A stretch of 64,000 bases of DNA from an uncultured delta proteobacterium (GCA_963724765.1 CAVRVY010000001.1:448001-512000); one strand, 5' to 3'; counted from the stretch's first letter, positions 1 through 10,142 are shown. Translations and numbers: made by a program. The notes: generated from the letters alone by a model not told the origin.

Positions 1-52
1 GCTGCGATTGCCGCGGCGACGGTGCTCGCGCGCGCGTCGGACGCTGCGTTGC

Positions 53-598
53 TCAGTGCGGGAACAGATGTTGAACGACGTGCGGCGCCAGCAGATAGAT
101 GATCCCGCCCGCCAGCACCAGCAGGGCGGGATTAATATGCCGCCAGAGCAGCAGGCAGAAGACTGACGCGGCGATCAGCAGGCTGGTCAGGTTGAAAATG
201 GACAGCCGCGCGATCGCGTAAGTACCCGCCACCATCAGGCCGATCGCCACCGGCGCCATCCCGTGCTGAACCGCCGCCCGCCACGGCGAGTCTTTAAAAT
301 GGGCCCACAGCCGGTTTGCCATCAGGGTGAGGATGCAGTCGGGCAGAAAGAAGGCCAGCCCCACTACCAGCGCGCCCATCGCGCCGGCCATCTTCTGGCC
401 GATTAGCAGCACCATCAGCATGTTCGGCCCCGGCGCGACCTGGCCGAGGCTGTAGATGTCGCGGAACTGGCCTGCGGTGATCCAGTGAAATTGATAGACC
501 GTCATGTGCTCCATCTCGGGCAGCACCGCCGTGCCTCCGCCCACCGCGAGGATCGCGAGCAGCATGAACACCCAGCTCAGGTTGAGCAATTTCGCCAT
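53..598 (-). CDS. chrA: Short-chain chromate transporter (CHR family), second subunit
   Basis: AVGGG..VLP and GQVAPGP motifs, very hydrophobic. Start moved to ATG at 598 (MAKLLN). Confidence 0.85.
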   Translation of the reverse strand: MAKLLNLSWVFMLLAILAVGGGTAVLPEMEHMTVYQFHWITAGQFRDIYSLGQVAPGPNMLMVLLIGQKMAGAMGALVVGLAFFLPDCILTLMANRLWAHFKDSPWRAAVQHGMAPVAIGLMVAGTYAIARLSIFNLTSLLIAASVFCLLLWRHINPALLVLAGGIIYLLAPHVVQHLFPH

Positions 599-620
599 CG
601 TCGTGGGTCCCCGTTGCGGC

Positions 621-1268
621 TCAGTGGCGGAGGCTAATGTAGCGTCGATGGCGCAGGCGCTCACGCAGATGGCGGGTGCGTTCCTCCAGTGACTCATGCC
701 TGGCGCCCGGCCGGTAGAGCAATACCGCGGCCGAGCCGATTACCAGGAGCACGATGTAAAGCGGAATGTGCAGGATACTCACCGCGACGAACGTCGCCGC
801 GATGATCGCAAGGTCAAGTGGCTTGACGAACTGCTTATGTCCGAGCTGCAGCGTCACCGTGCTCAGCAGTCCGACCGCCGCCGCCGCTACGCCGATCAGG
901 AACGCTCTGATCTGCGGATTGTGAGATTGCTCCTGCCAAAACGCGCCCAGGCCCATGATGACGACCACTCCGGGCAGCACCAGGCCCGCGACCGCTACGA
1001 TTGCGCCGGGAATACCGCGCAGGTTGTCGCCGATGATCACGCTCATGTTGACCGCGTTGAGCCCCGGCAGGGTCTGGCTTATCTCGAGCGCGTCGAGGAA
1101 CGCCTCGTCATCGAGCCATTTGGTGTCGCTGACCGTGTACTCGCGGAGATAGGCGACCACCCCGCCGCCGAAGCTTATCGCCCCGGCCGTCAGGAAGGTC
1201 CAGAAAATCATTCCTAGCGAAACCGGTGCGCCCGATCCCTCCTCAGCCACGGCGCTCGCGTCATTCAT
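621..1268 (-). CDS. chrA: Short-chain chromate transporter (CHR family), first subunit
   Basis: SFGGG and SQTLPG motifs; tandem with the second CHR half-gene. Confidence 0.88.
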   Translation of the reverse strand: MNDASAVAEEGSGAPVSLGMIFWTFLTAGAISFGGGVVAYLREYTVSDTKWLDDEAFLDALEISQTLPGLNAVNMSVIIGDNLRGIPGAIVAVAGLVLPGVVVIMGLGAFWQEQSHNPQIRAFLIGVAAAAVGLLSTVTLQLGHKQFVKPLDLAIIAATFVAVSILHIPLYIVLLVIGSAAVLLYRPGARHESLEERTRHLRERLRHRRYISLRH

Positions 1269-2148
1269 GATGATTGACCGGCTTGCGTCCCATCCCGTAA
1301 ACCATCGCGGTCTTGGTGGTGCCCATCGCGACCAAATCGCTACACTCCAACTGGATACCCTCGAAGAACTTCTCCGACAGCTCGCGCGGCTTGCGATGCA
1401 GCGAAGCGAGGCCCTCGAATCTGAGCTGGTAGCCGAACTCGGCGATCATGTCGCGTCCGGTCGAGCGGTTGCGCCACACCCCCACCGAGGCCTTGCACTG
1501 CGCCTTGCCGCCGAAGTCCAGTTCGCCGAGATGAACCAGCGTTTCGTCCACGGTCACGTCATTGACAATACCCAGCGTGGCCTTGGGATTGGCGCCGCGC
1601 ACCTTCTGCAGGGCGGGAAAGACCTGCGAGATGATCTCGAAGCGTTGGGTCAGGATGACGTTGGGCGTGTCGAGCTCACAGCCGTTGGCGTAGAGCATCC
1701 GCATGCCCGCCAGCTTGTCCTTGAGCTGGAGAACCTCTTCCTTGAATTTGATGGTGTAGATGCACGGCAGCAACGGATGCATGTCGACCGCGGCGGCGGC
1801 CTTCGCTTCGGGATTGCGGTAACGGATGGTCAGTTCGAAGTTCGGCTCGGGATGGCCCTTCTTGAAGAAGGTCCGTTTACGCAGGATGAAGCCGTCGGTG
1901 TAGAGCTTGAAGTGCGGCGTGTCGTAAAAGACGACCTCGCGCACATGCGGCTCGTGCTTCTCAGACTTTTGCAGTTGAATTCCCAGCCCCTTGGCGACGT
2001 GATGGGCGTGCTTGTAGAACTTGTGAAAGCCGTCCTCGTCGGCGAAGCGCTCGGGCTTCAGCAGCAGTTTATACTCCCGGTAATGGATCTGAGCTTCTGG
2101 ACCGAACTCGCCCGTTTCCCGCTTGTGACTTTCCTCTCCGTGGCTCAT
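1261..2148 (-). CDS. Hypothetical protein, CYTH/triphosphate-tunnel-like
   Basis: N-terminal REYK (ExK), FYDT, ILRKR and C-terminal TKT pattern; overlaps the chr start. Confidence 0.6.
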   Translation of the reverse strand: MSHGEESHKRETGEFGPEAQIHYREYKLLLKPERFADEDGFHKFYKHAHHVAKGLGIQLQKSEKHEPHVREVVFYDTPHFKLYTDGFILRKRTFFKKGHPEPNFELTIRYRNPEAKAAAAVDMHPLLPCIYTIKFKEEVLQLKDKLAGMRMLYANGCELDTPNVILTQRFEIISQVFPALQKVRGANPKATLGIVNDVTVDETLVHLGELDFGGKAQCKASVGVWRNRSTGRDMIAEFGYQLRFEGLASLHRKPRELSEKFFEGIQLECSDLVAMGTTKTAMVYGMGRKPVNHHE

Positions 2149-2347
2149 GATTTGCGGCTACTCCCACCCCCCCCCGAGTTGCGAGCAATGTTGTCGAAAC
2201 TTTATACGAGGTTGCGAGGCTCGTTCCACGGCGGCCGCAGCCTGACCGCCTCTCATCAGCCGATCACCAGCATGACGAACCCGAGTATCAGTACGATCTG
2301 GCACGGTCAATGATGCTAAGCGTCGCTAGCGGCCGGAGGACAAGGCC

Positions 2348-2617
2348 CTACGGCTCGTTCGATACCTCAAATTCGATACCGCCGATTCTTTTTGCGACGG
2401 CGTTGTAGAGCCAGCACAGAATGGCGGTGAAGATGAATGCGCCCACGGCATAAAACACCGGCGCGAGTATCACCATGAGCAAGCTTCGGTGGCCGTGGCC
2501 TCTCGCTGCCGGCGCGAATACGAAGAAAAGCACCATAAAAAACAGGCCGAAAAAGAAGTAAAGGGTCCCCATGACCTTCGAGGTCTGAAGCACCCCAAAC
2601 GATTTGATTTGTCGCAT
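2348..2617 (-). CDS. Small two-TM membrane protein (DUF3566-like)
   Basis: Two hydrophobic segments ending LYNAVAKRIGGIEFE; GGAGA RBS. Confidence 0.7.
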   Translation of the reverse strand: MRQIKSFGVLQTSKVMGTLYFFFGLFFMVLFFVFAPAARGHGHRSLLMVILAPVFYAVGAFIFTAILCWLYNAVAKRIGGIEFEVSNEP

Positions 2618-2680
2618 CGCCTGGTCTCCAGTGAATCGATTCCGCGGCGTTCAACGCGATGAGAGGCTCGCCGCGCGAGC

Positions 2681-3592
2681 CTAAAACTTAATCTCGCGTA
2701 AAAACGGGCGCAGCGCTTCGACCAGCCCGCGCGGATTGTCGCCCTGTACCGTGTGCGCCGCGTCCTCGACTCGCATCCAGCGCCCGTCGGGCAGCGCGCT
2801 CGCGAAACTCGCCGCGCTCTCGTCGGTCAGCACGTCGCTCCTGGCGCCGCGCAGCACCAACGTCGGGCAGGTCATGTGAGCGACCTCGTTCATGATCTCC
2901 GCCTGGCGCGCGCGCATCGAGTCGGGCGTGGGGCGGACGCGATTCGGGTCGTGCTTCCAGGTCCACTTGCCGTTGGGCAGCTCGCGCAGATTATGCAGCA
3001 GGCTGCGGCGCAGCAGCGCCGGGTTGCGCAGCGGATTGAACGCCATCGCGCGCTCTACGAACGCGTCGACCGAGTCCAGTTCGCGGTCCTGGGCGAGGAA
3101 GTTGCCGATGCGCGCGGTGCCGCTGGGGTTCAGCTCGGGCGCGATATCGACCAGCATCAGCCCGGCCATCCGGCGCGCGAACTTAGCCGCGTACGCCATC
3201 GCCGCAAACCCACCCATCGAATGACCGACCACCAGCGGGCGCTTGAGGCCGAGCTTCTCGATGAAGTCCTCGATGTCGCGCACTTGGCTCGGCAGGCTAT
3301 AGTCGCCGACCGGCGACCATTCGCTGTCGCCGTGGCCGCGCTGGTCGAGCGCGATGCAGTGGTATTCGCCGCGCAGCGCCAGGCATACGAGATCCCAGGT
3401 ATGCGCGTTGAGACCGCCGCCGTGAAGGAAAAGTATCGGACGGCGCTCGGCGGCGCCCCAGTCGAGGTAATGGAAGCGCATCCGGTTGACCACGACATCG
3501 TGGTCCTCGGGGAGAGTGAAACGCGGCACTTCGAGCCCGGCGACCTCAGCGGCCAGCTTCAGGTGCTCGAGTTGTTCCGATGCTTCCAGCAT
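2681..3592 (-). CDS. Alpha/beta hydrolase
   Basis: FLHGGG, DQRGHG, GHSMGG nucleophile elbow and C-terminal His. Start at ATG 3592 after GAGGA. Confidence 0.9.
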   Translation of the reverse strand: MLEASEQLEHLKLAAEVAGLEVPRFTLPEDHDVVVNRMRFHYLDWGAAERRPILFLHGGGLNAHTWDLVCLALRGEYHCIALDQRGHGDSEWSPVGDYSLPSQVRDIEDFIEKLGLKRPLVVGHSMGGFAAMAYAAKFARRMAGLMLVDIAPELNPSGTARIGNFLAQDRELDSVDAFVERAMAFNPLRNPALLRRSLLHNLRELPNGKWTWKHDPNRVRPTPDSMRARQAEIMNEVAHMTCPTLVLRGARSDVLTDESAASFASALPDGRWMRVEDAAHTVQGDNPRGLVEALRPFLREIKF

Positions 3593-3724
3593 GGTTCGTT
3601 CGTCCTCGCGATCGGTTTCGTTGTGCGTCCGGCGCGCCGGATCGCTCACAGTTGAATCTTATTTGTTTATCAAAGCCCGCGCTGCGCCCGCCAGCACGCT
3701 CACCGGTAATGAACTTGTAGCGGT

Positions 3725-3782
3725 CGAACGGTTCCCTGGCACACATTTGCTTGCGAACGGTTCCCTGGCAGACATTTGCTTG
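3725..3782 (+). repeat. 29-bp tandem duplication upstream of the cox operon
   Basis: CGAACGGTTCCCTGGCA(C/G)ACATTTGCTTG at 3725-3753 and 3754-3782, one mismatch. Confidence 0.9.
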
Positions 3783-3877
3783 CAATTTGCCGCGTCCGAA
3801 GGTTACCCTTTGTGCGTCCGAGGTGGCATTTCGAAGTGTCGCGATGCGTTTGCGCGGCGCCAGTGGTTGGGGTGGTC

Positions 3878-4804
3878 ATGCCTGGGCCGTATACCGCTAA
3901 CGCGTTCACCCTCGCTCCAGCATCGCCGCAAGCGGCTGCCATTTCCAACCTCTTCGTCGGCACGCTGATTTTTCTCGGCGTGATCCTCCTGCTGGTCAGC
4001 TTTCTCGTCATCTTCGCGATCGTCCGCTATCGGGACCGGCCGGGAGCACCCGAGGCGCAACAGAACTTCGGCCGGAGAAAGCTCGAAATCATCTGGACGG
4101 TCGTGCCGATCCTGTCCCTGATCGTGCTGGCGAGTTTCATGGTCCGGACCATGGCCGCCGGCGATCCAGCAAGTGCCGACGCCAAGCCAGACCTGAGGAT
4201 CGTCGCTCACCAATGGTGGTGGGAGATTTACTATCTCAAGGCCGGCGTGGTCACCGCCAACGAGATACACATTCCGGTTGGTAAACGACTGCTAGTGGAT
4301 TTTCGCTCGGCCGATGTGATCCATGACTTTTGGGCGCCGGACCTGGGGCGCAAGATCGACATCGTGCCGGGCCATCCCAACCGCCTATGGCTCGAGGCCG
4401 ACCATGGCGGCACTTATCTTGGAGCTTGCGCCGAGTTCTGCGGCAACGAGCATGCGTGGATGCGCTTTCTGGTGATCGCGGATCCGCCCGAGAAGTTCGC
4501 GGCCTGGATAAAAGAGCAGGCGGGCGCTCCGCCCAAGCCCGCCACGGCGGATGAGCAGCTCGGCGCGAAGATTTACCGCGAGCGCATTTGTACCAACTGC
4601 CATCTGCGCAGCGTTGGCCCAGACCTCACGCACATCGCCAGCCGCCGGCTGCTGGCGGCGGGCGCGCTCGAGAACACGCCGGAAAACCTCGCGGCCTGGC
4701 TGCGCGATCCCGACCGCTTCAAACCCGGCAGCAACATGCCCGACTTCAAGCTGAGCGACGACGAAGTCCGCGCACTAATGGCGTACCTGGAGACGCAAAA
4801 ATGA
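3878..4804 (+). CDS. coxB: Cytochrome c oxidase subunit II with C-terminal cytochrome c (caa3 type)
   Basis: HQWWW, DVIH, CuA motif CAEFCGNEHAWM, heme motif CTNCH. Start uncertain. Confidence 0.93.
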   Translation: MPGPYTANAFTLAPASPQAAAISNLFVGTLIFLGVILLLVSFLVIFAIVRYRDRPGAPEAQQNFGRRKLEIIWTVVPILSLIVLASFMVRTMAAGDPASADAKPDLRIVAHQWWWEIYYLKAGVVTANEIHIPVGKRLLVDFRSADVIHDFWAPDLGRKIDIVPGHPNRLWLEADHGGTYLGACAEFCGNEHAWMRFLVIADPPEKFAAWIKEQAGAPPKPATADEQLGAKIYRERICTNCHLRSVGPDLTHIASRRLLAAGALENTPENLAAWLRDPDRFKPGSNMPDFKLSDDEVRALMAYLETQK

Positions 4805-6483
4805 AAGAGGCGGCGATTCCCGAGGCACTCGGAGGCGAGTCGTTCGAGCTCGAAGCGCGCGAGGGCTGGCTTAGCTGGATCACCTCGGTCGACCACAAGC
4901 AGCTCGGGATAATGTACCTGCTCGGCTCGTTCTTCTTTTTCGTGGTCGGCGGCGTGCTCGCGCTGCTGATGCGCGTGCAGCTCGCCGTGCCCAATAACCA
5001 TTTCTTGAGCCCGCAGATATACAACCAGCTTTTCACCATGCATGGCACCACAATGGTATTCCTGGTGCTGGTGCCGATGCTGGTCGGGTTCGCGACGTAC
5101 ATGGTGCCGCTGATGATCGGCGCGCGCGACATGGCCTTTCCGCGGCTCAACGCGCTGAGTTTCTGGGTGCAGATTTTCGGCGGCTTGATGCTCTACTTCA
5201 GCTTCGCCACCAGCGGCATCAATGGCGGCGCGCCGGCGGTGGGATGGTTCGCGTATGCGCCGCTCAGCGAAACAGCATTTTCCTACGGACCCGGCGTGAA
5301 CTATTGGATACTCGGTTTGCTTGGGATCGGCGTGGGCACGCTCACCGCCGGACTCAACCTGATCGCGACGGTCATCTGCTTGCGCGCGCCCGGAATGAGC
5401 ATCCGGCGTGTGCCGCTATTCGTCTGGATGACGCTGATAACGGCCTTCCTGATCGTGGTAGTGATGCCCATACTCAATGCGGCGCTGGTGATGCTGCTTA
5501 TCGACCGCCTGCTCAACGCGCACTTCTTTCGGGCCGATACCGGCGGCTCGGCGGTGCTGTGGCAGCACGTCTTCTGGGCCTTCGGCCATCCCGAAGTCTA
5601 CATCATGATCCTGCCGGCTTTCGGAATCATCTCCGAGGTTATACCGGTATTCTCGGGCAAGCCGATTTACGGCTACGATTTCGTCGCCGCCTCAACCCTG
5701 GCGATCGCGTTCCTGAGCCTCGCCGTGTGGGCGCATCACATGTTCGCAGTTGGGCTCGGCCATACCTTCGATCTGTTCTTCGCCGTTTGCAGCATGGCGA
5801 TCGCGGTGCCCACGGGAGTGAAGATTTTCAATTGGACTGCGACGATGTACCAGGGCCGGATACGCTTTACGACCTCGATGCTGTTCGCGCTGGGATTCCT
5901 TCTGATGTTCACCATCGGAGGGCTTTCGGGCGTCGCCTTTGCGGTGGTGCCGATCGACTGGCAGGCGACCGACAGCTATTTCGTGGTCGCGCACATCCAC
6001 TATGTGCTCTTCGGCGGCACGATGTTCGGGCTGTTCGCCGGCGTCTATTACTGGTTTCCAAAGATCAGCGGCCGGATGCTCGACGAGCGCTGGGGCCAGG
6101 TGCATTTCTGGCTGACGCTCATCGGATTCAATCTGACCTTCATGATCCAGCACGTGCTCGGAATGTTCGGGATGCCGCGCCGGGTGTTTACCTATCCAGC
6201 GCTGCCGGGCTGGGGGGCGATGAACATGATTTCAACCGTCGGCGCGTTCGTGCTCGCGTTCTCGGTGTTGATCTTCATTATCAACCTGGCGATTTCGCTG
6301 CGCTCGGGCAAAGTCGCGGGCGACAATCCCTGGAATGCATGGACGCTGGAATGGGCGACCAGTTCTCCGCCGCCGGTGGAGAATTTCACGGATGGCGTGC
6401 CGCCGATTCGAGGTCGACGGCCACTGTGGGATCTCGCCCATCCGGATCGCACCGACGCAATGATGATGAAGCTGGCGGGGTGA
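4801..6483 (+). CDS. ctaD: Cytochrome c oxidase subunit I (A1 type)
   Basis: DHKQLG, TMHGT, WAFGHPEVY, WAHH, VAHIHY, GMPRR. ATG overlaps the coxB stop. Confidence 0.97.
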   Translation: MKEAAIPEALGGESFELEAREGWLSWITSVDHKQLGIMYLLGSFFFFVVGGVLALLMRVQLAVPNNHFLSPQIYNQLFTMHGTTMVFLVLVPMLVGFATYMVPLMIGARDMAFPRLNALSFWVQIFGGLMLYFSFATSGINGGAPAVGWFAYAPLSETAFSYGPGVNYWILGLLGIGVGTLTAGLNLIATVICLRAPGMSIRRVPLFVWMTLITAFLIVVVMPILNAALVMLLIDRLLNAHFFRADTGGSAVLWQHVFWAFGHPEVYIMILPAFGIISEVIPVFSGKPIYGYDFVAASTLAIAFLSLAVWAHHMFAVGLGHTFDLFFAVCSMAIAVPTGVKIFNWTATMYQGRIRFTTSMLFALGFLLMFTIGGLSGVAFAVVPIDWQATDSYFVVAHIHYVLFGGTMFGLFAGVYYWFPKISGRMLDERWGQVHFWLTLIGFNLTFMIQHVLGMFGMPRRVFTYPALPGWGAMNMISTVGAFVLAFSVLIFIINLAISLRSGKVAGDNPWNAWTLEWATSSPPPVENFTDGVPPIRGRRPLWDLAHPDRTDAMMMKLAG

Positions 6484-6492
6484 ACGACGGCG

Positions 6493-7050
6493 ATGCCTGA
6501 CAAGACCAAGCTCGGAGTCGGCCTTTTCCTTCTGTCCGAGGCGAATTTTTTTCTTATTCTACTGGTCGCCTACGTGTACTTCCATTCCCTGCCCAGCGAC
6601 GGACCAAGCGCCGCCAACAGCCTCAATCCGATACGCACGCTCGGGTTCAGCATCTGCCTATTCCTGAGCAGCGCGACCATTCACATGGCCGGACGCAGCT
6701 TCAGGCTCGGTGCACGCCGCGGCGTTGGCGTATGGCTCGCGCTGACGGCCGCGCTCGGCGCGATCTTTCTTTTTGGCCAGGCGCGCGAGTACCTGGGACT
6801 CTTCGCGCACGGAGTTGATATCAGCACCAACCTGTTTGGCTCGACGTTCTTTACCCTGACCGGCTTTCATGGCCTGCACGTGCTAGTCGGATTGTGTGCG
6901 CTGGGGGCGCTACTGGGTATCGTGATAAGCGGGCGGCTCGGCGAGATCAAACCGTCCGGCTTCGAGGCCGTGAGTATGTACTGGCATTTCGTCGACGCGG
7001 TGTGGGTGGTGATCTTCGCGGTGGTCTATCTGTGGCCGCTGGTCGCATAG
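6493..7050 (+). CDS. ctaE: Cytochrome c oxidase subunit III
   Basis: FLLSE, LTGFHGLHV and YWHFVD motifs. Confidence 0.93.
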   Translation: MPDKTKLGVGLFLLSEANFFLILLVAYVYFHSLPSDGPSAANSLNPIRTLGFSICLFLSSATIHMAGRSFRLGARRGVGVWLALTAALGAIFLFGQAREYLGLFAHGVDISTNLFGSTFFTLTGFHGLHVLVGLCALGALLGIVISGRLGEIKPSGFEAVSMYWHFVDAVWVVIFAVVYLWPLVA

Positions 7051-7085
7051 CGGCCCAAATCTGCTGAGAAACGCCGCCAATTAAA

Positions 7086-7889
7086 ATGGCCGAGATACTG
7101 CGAGCGTGGGACCCGGACCTGTCCGTGCTAATCGGATGCGCGGCGCTGCTGGCGGCGTACTGCAGCGCGCATCGCTACGATCTCTCTCGTGCGGCTTGGT
7201 TCGTCGCCGGAGTGGCCGTGCTGCTGTTCGCGCTGATCTCTCCGCTCGACACGCTCGGCGACGAATATTTGTTCAGCGCCCACATGCTCCAGCATCTGCT
7301 GCTCGAGCTCGCGGTGCCGCCGCTGCTGCTGCTCGGCATCACGCCGCGCTTCGCGCGGACGGTGCTCGATTGCCGCCCGCTCGGGCGCGTCGAGCGCGTG
7401 CTGGGAAATCCGCTGGTGGCCTGGACGCTCGGAGTGGCGACACTCGCGTTATGGCATCTGCCGCGGCTCTTCGATGCCGCGCTCGGCAACGAATATATCC
7501 ACATCGTCGAGCATCTGTGTTTCATGGTGACCGCGACGATATTCTGGTGGCCGGTCCTGGCGCCGCTGCCGCAGTGCCGGATCTCGCCGCTGTTGGCGCA
7601 GCTCTATCTGTTCGGCGGCGCGATGGCTAGCACGCTGCTGGGCATCTGGCTGACCTTCGCCCCCACCATCCTCTATGCGCCCTATCTGCATCCCGACGAC
7701 TCGCTGCACCTTGCGGCGTTGCTGCGGGTGGGGTGGGGCCTGACGCCGGCGCTCGACCAGCAGGTGGGCGGGCTCCTGATGTGGGTGGGCGGCGGTTTCG
7801 TGTTCCTGGCGATGATGGTCGTGCTGCTCCTGCAATGGTTCGGCATGGCCGAGACGGACGGCGTCGCGCCCGCGGCGGCGAGCCTTTAG
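7086..7889 (+). CDS. ctaG: caa3-type oxidase assembly factor (CtaG family)
   Basis: FSAHMLQHLLL, LWHLP and DQQVGGLLMW motifs. Confidence 0.88.
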   Translation: MAEILRAWDPDLSVLIGCAALLAAYCSAHRYDLSRAAWFVAGVAVLLFALISPLDTLGDEYLFSAHMLQHLLLELAVPPLLLLGITPRFARTVLDCRPLGRVERVLGNPLVAWTLGVATLALWHLPRLFDAALGNEYIHIVEHLCFMVTATIFWWPVLAPLPQCRISPLLAQLYLFGGAMASTLLGIWLTFAPTILYAPYLHPDDSLHLAALLRVGWGLTPALDQQVGGLLMWVGGGFVFLAMMVVLLLQWFGMAETDGVAPAAASL

Positions 7890-7900
7890 GAGGCAATCGG

Positions 7901-8128
7901 ATGGCCCTTGAAGACGGACCGGCATCGCGCGGCCGCGAAGCAGGCGAGTGGAGTACGCCGCTGCCGGAAAAGACTCCGCCGGCAACCTACGCGCCGTTTT
8001 TCCTTGCGCTCGGCATAACGTTCCTGCTTTTCGGAGTAGTCAGTTCCTATGTATTTTCGGCTGCGGGCTTCGTTCTGATAGTAGCGTCGATTAGCAAGTG
8101 GATGGGAGAATTGTTACATGGCGAATGA
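7901..8128 (+). CDS. Small two-TM protein, probable oxidase subunit IV
   Basis: AGGAGG RBS; PPATYAPFFLALG..W pattern; lies inside the operon. Confidence 0.65.
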   Translation: MALEDGPASRGREAGEWSTPLPEKTPPATYAPFFLALGITFLLFGVVSSYVFSAAGFVLIVASISKWMGELLHGE

Positions 8129-8636
8129 AACGCAGGAGCCCAGCCGCGGCGAAGCGTTGAGCCCCGAACGCCGCCGCTTCATGGGACGGCTCAGTATCGC
8201 GCTCTCCGCAGTCGCCGCCGCCATCGTCGGCGTCCCGGTCGTCGGATTCATCCTCGGCCCGCTGTTCGTCACCGAGAAGGACGTGTGGCGCGCGGTGGGC
8301 GCGGCCGACAGCTTCAAGCCCGGCGAGACCGTCAGCGTCAGCTTCCTCGATCCGTCACCGATGGCGTGGGCGGGCGTGAGTGCGATGACCGCGGCGTGGC
8401 TGCGGCGCCTGGAGTCCGGCGGCTTTGTCGCCTTCTCGGTCAACTGCGCGCATCTCGGATGCCCCGTGCGATGGCTGCCGAAGGCCGATCTGTTCATGTG
8501 CCCCTGCCATGGAGGCGTCTATTACGCCGACGGCAGCGTGGCCGCCGGTCCGCCGCCGCGCGGATTGTTCAAGTATCCGGTCCGCGTGCGCGATGGAAAG
8601 GTCGAAATCCTCGCCAGCGCGGTTCCCATCGAATAG
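8118..8636 (+). CDS. qcrA: Rieske 2Fe-2S subunit of cytochrome bc complex
   Basis: Tat-like RRRFM plus TM; CAHLGC and CPCHGG motifs. Confidence 0.93.
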   Translation: MANETQEPSRGEALSPERRRFMGRLSIALSAVAAAIVGVPVVGFILGPLFVTEKDVWRAVGAADSFKPGETVSVSFLDPSPMAWAGVSAMTAAWLRRLESGGFVAFSVNCAHLGCPVRWLPKADLFMCPCHGGVYYADGSVAAGPPPRGLFKYPVRVRDGKVEILASAVPIE

Positions 8637-8654
8637 CCACGCGGGAGATCGAGA

Positions 8655-10142
8655 GTGATCAGGAAAATCTTCAGACAGGCCGTCGACGCGTTCGAGGAGC
8701 GCACCGGCCTGATCAAGTTTTTCGGCGACTTGGCGAAGCATCCGGTGCCGCCCAACACCGGATGGTGGTACGTCTTCGGCAGCGCGGTGCTGGTCGCTTT
8801 CATGCTGCAGGTGGTGACCGGGATTGCGCTGGCGACGCGCTACGTAGCGTCGTCGGGGTCGGCCTACCAGGTCCTCCAGTTCATAACTTACAAAGCGGTG
8901 CTGGGAAACTTCCTGCGTGGGATGCACTTCTTCGGCGCCTCGGCGATGATCCTGCTGGTCGGCATACACATGATCCAGGTTTTCCTGATGGGCTGTTACA
9001 AGTACCCGCGGGAATTCAACTGGATAAGCGGCGTGATGCTGCTGTTCATCACGGTCGCGATGGGTTTCAGCGGGCAACTGCTGCGTTGGGACCAGACCGC
9101 GGTGTGGGCCACGGTGCTCGCGGCCGAGATGCTGGGGCGCACGCCGTTTATCGGCACCTACCTCGCGCGCTTTCTGCTCGGCGGCAAGACGCTGGGCGGT
9201 GCGACGCTCAGCCGCTTTTTTGCCTTCCACGTATTTTTCCTGCCGGCCATGATCTTCTCGCTCGTCGCCCTTCATCTCTATCTCGTCTTCCATGACGGTA
9301 TCTCGTCGCCCCCGGTGCCCGGCGAAAAGGTCAATCCAAAGACCTATCGCGCCGAATATGAAAAGCTGCTCGAGGAGCGCGGCGTGCCGTTCTGGCCCGA
9401 TGCGGCGTGGCGCGACGTGGTGGTCGCCGTCGGCGTGGTCATCACTATCGCGGCGCTGGCCTACTTCGTCGGGCCACCCGAACTCGGCAAGCCTCCTAAT
9501 CCAAGCCTGCTCGCCAACGAGCCGCGCCCGGACTGGTATATGCTGTGGTACTTCGCCGTGCTGGCGCTGCTGCCGCGCGGGATGGAATCGGTATTCATGA
9601 TCGCGGCCCCATTGTCGGCGATCGTCTTTCTGCTGATGGTGCCGGTGCTGTGGAACAAGGGCGAACGCCATCCCTCACGCCGTCCATGGGCGGTCGCCGC
9701 CGTCCTCATGATAGTGCTGAGCATAGCCGGGTTCTGGATCGAAGGATCGATATCGCCCTGGTCGCCGAAGTTCGACGCTCAGCCGCTGTCCGCCGCCCTG
9801 GTAGGCACGACCGCCATGCCGGTCGTCACGGGGGCGCAGCTTTTTCATGACAAGGGATGCGAGTTCTGCCACACGATCGACGGCCACGGCGGGATGCGCG
9901 GTCCCGACCTGACGGAGGTGGCGCATCGCCTCAGCGTAAACGACATCCGAATCAAAATCGCCAACGGCGGTGGCAACATGCCGGCCTTCGCGGGAATCCT
10001 GACCCACGACGATCTCGACAACCTGGTGGCTTTTCTCGAGTCGCGGGTGACGCTTCCGCCGGCGCAGACCTCGAGCGCCGCCGGCACCGCGGCAGTAGTG
10101 CAGTCCGCGAGCGCTCCGGCCGCCGGCGGTCACAAACCTTAG
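8655..10142 (+). CDS. qcrB: Cytochrome b fused to C-terminal cytochrome c
   Basis: Four heme-b His positions, PDWY Qo motif, CEFCH and GNMP in the C-terminal domain. Confidence 0.92.
   Translation: MIRKIFRQAVDAFEERTGLIKFFGDLAKHPVPPNTGWWYVFGSAVLVAFMLQVVTGIALATRYVASSGSAYQVLQFITYKAVLGNFLRGMHFFGASAMILLVGIHMIQVFLMGCYKYPREFNWISGVMLLFITVAMGFSGQLLRWDQTAVWATVLAAEMLGRTPFIGTYLARFLLGGKTLGGATLSRFFAFHVFFLPAMIFSLVALHLYLVFHDGISSPPVPGEKVNPKTYRAEYEKLLEERGVPFWPDAAWRDVVVAVGVVITIAALAYFVGPPELGKPPNPSLLANEPRPDWYMLWYFAVLALLPRGMESVFMIAAPLSAIVFLLMVPVLWNKGERHPSRRPWAVAAVLMIVLSIAGFWIEGSISPWSPKFDAQPLSAALVGTTAMPVVTGAQLFHDKGCEFCHTIDGHGGMRGPDLTEVAHRLSVNDIRIKIANGGGNMPAFAGILTHDDLDNLVAFLESRVTLPPAQTSSAAGTAAVVQSASAPAAGGHKP

Noticed and set aside
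1267-2313. Long antisense ORFs (also 2753-3655, 8355-9671, 12503-13666, 48339-49697)
   Set aside because: Shadow frames of recognised genes in GC-rich DNA.
3737-3751. sigma54 promoter call for TGGCACACATTTGCT
   Set aside because: GG-to-GC spacing is 9 rather than the required 10.
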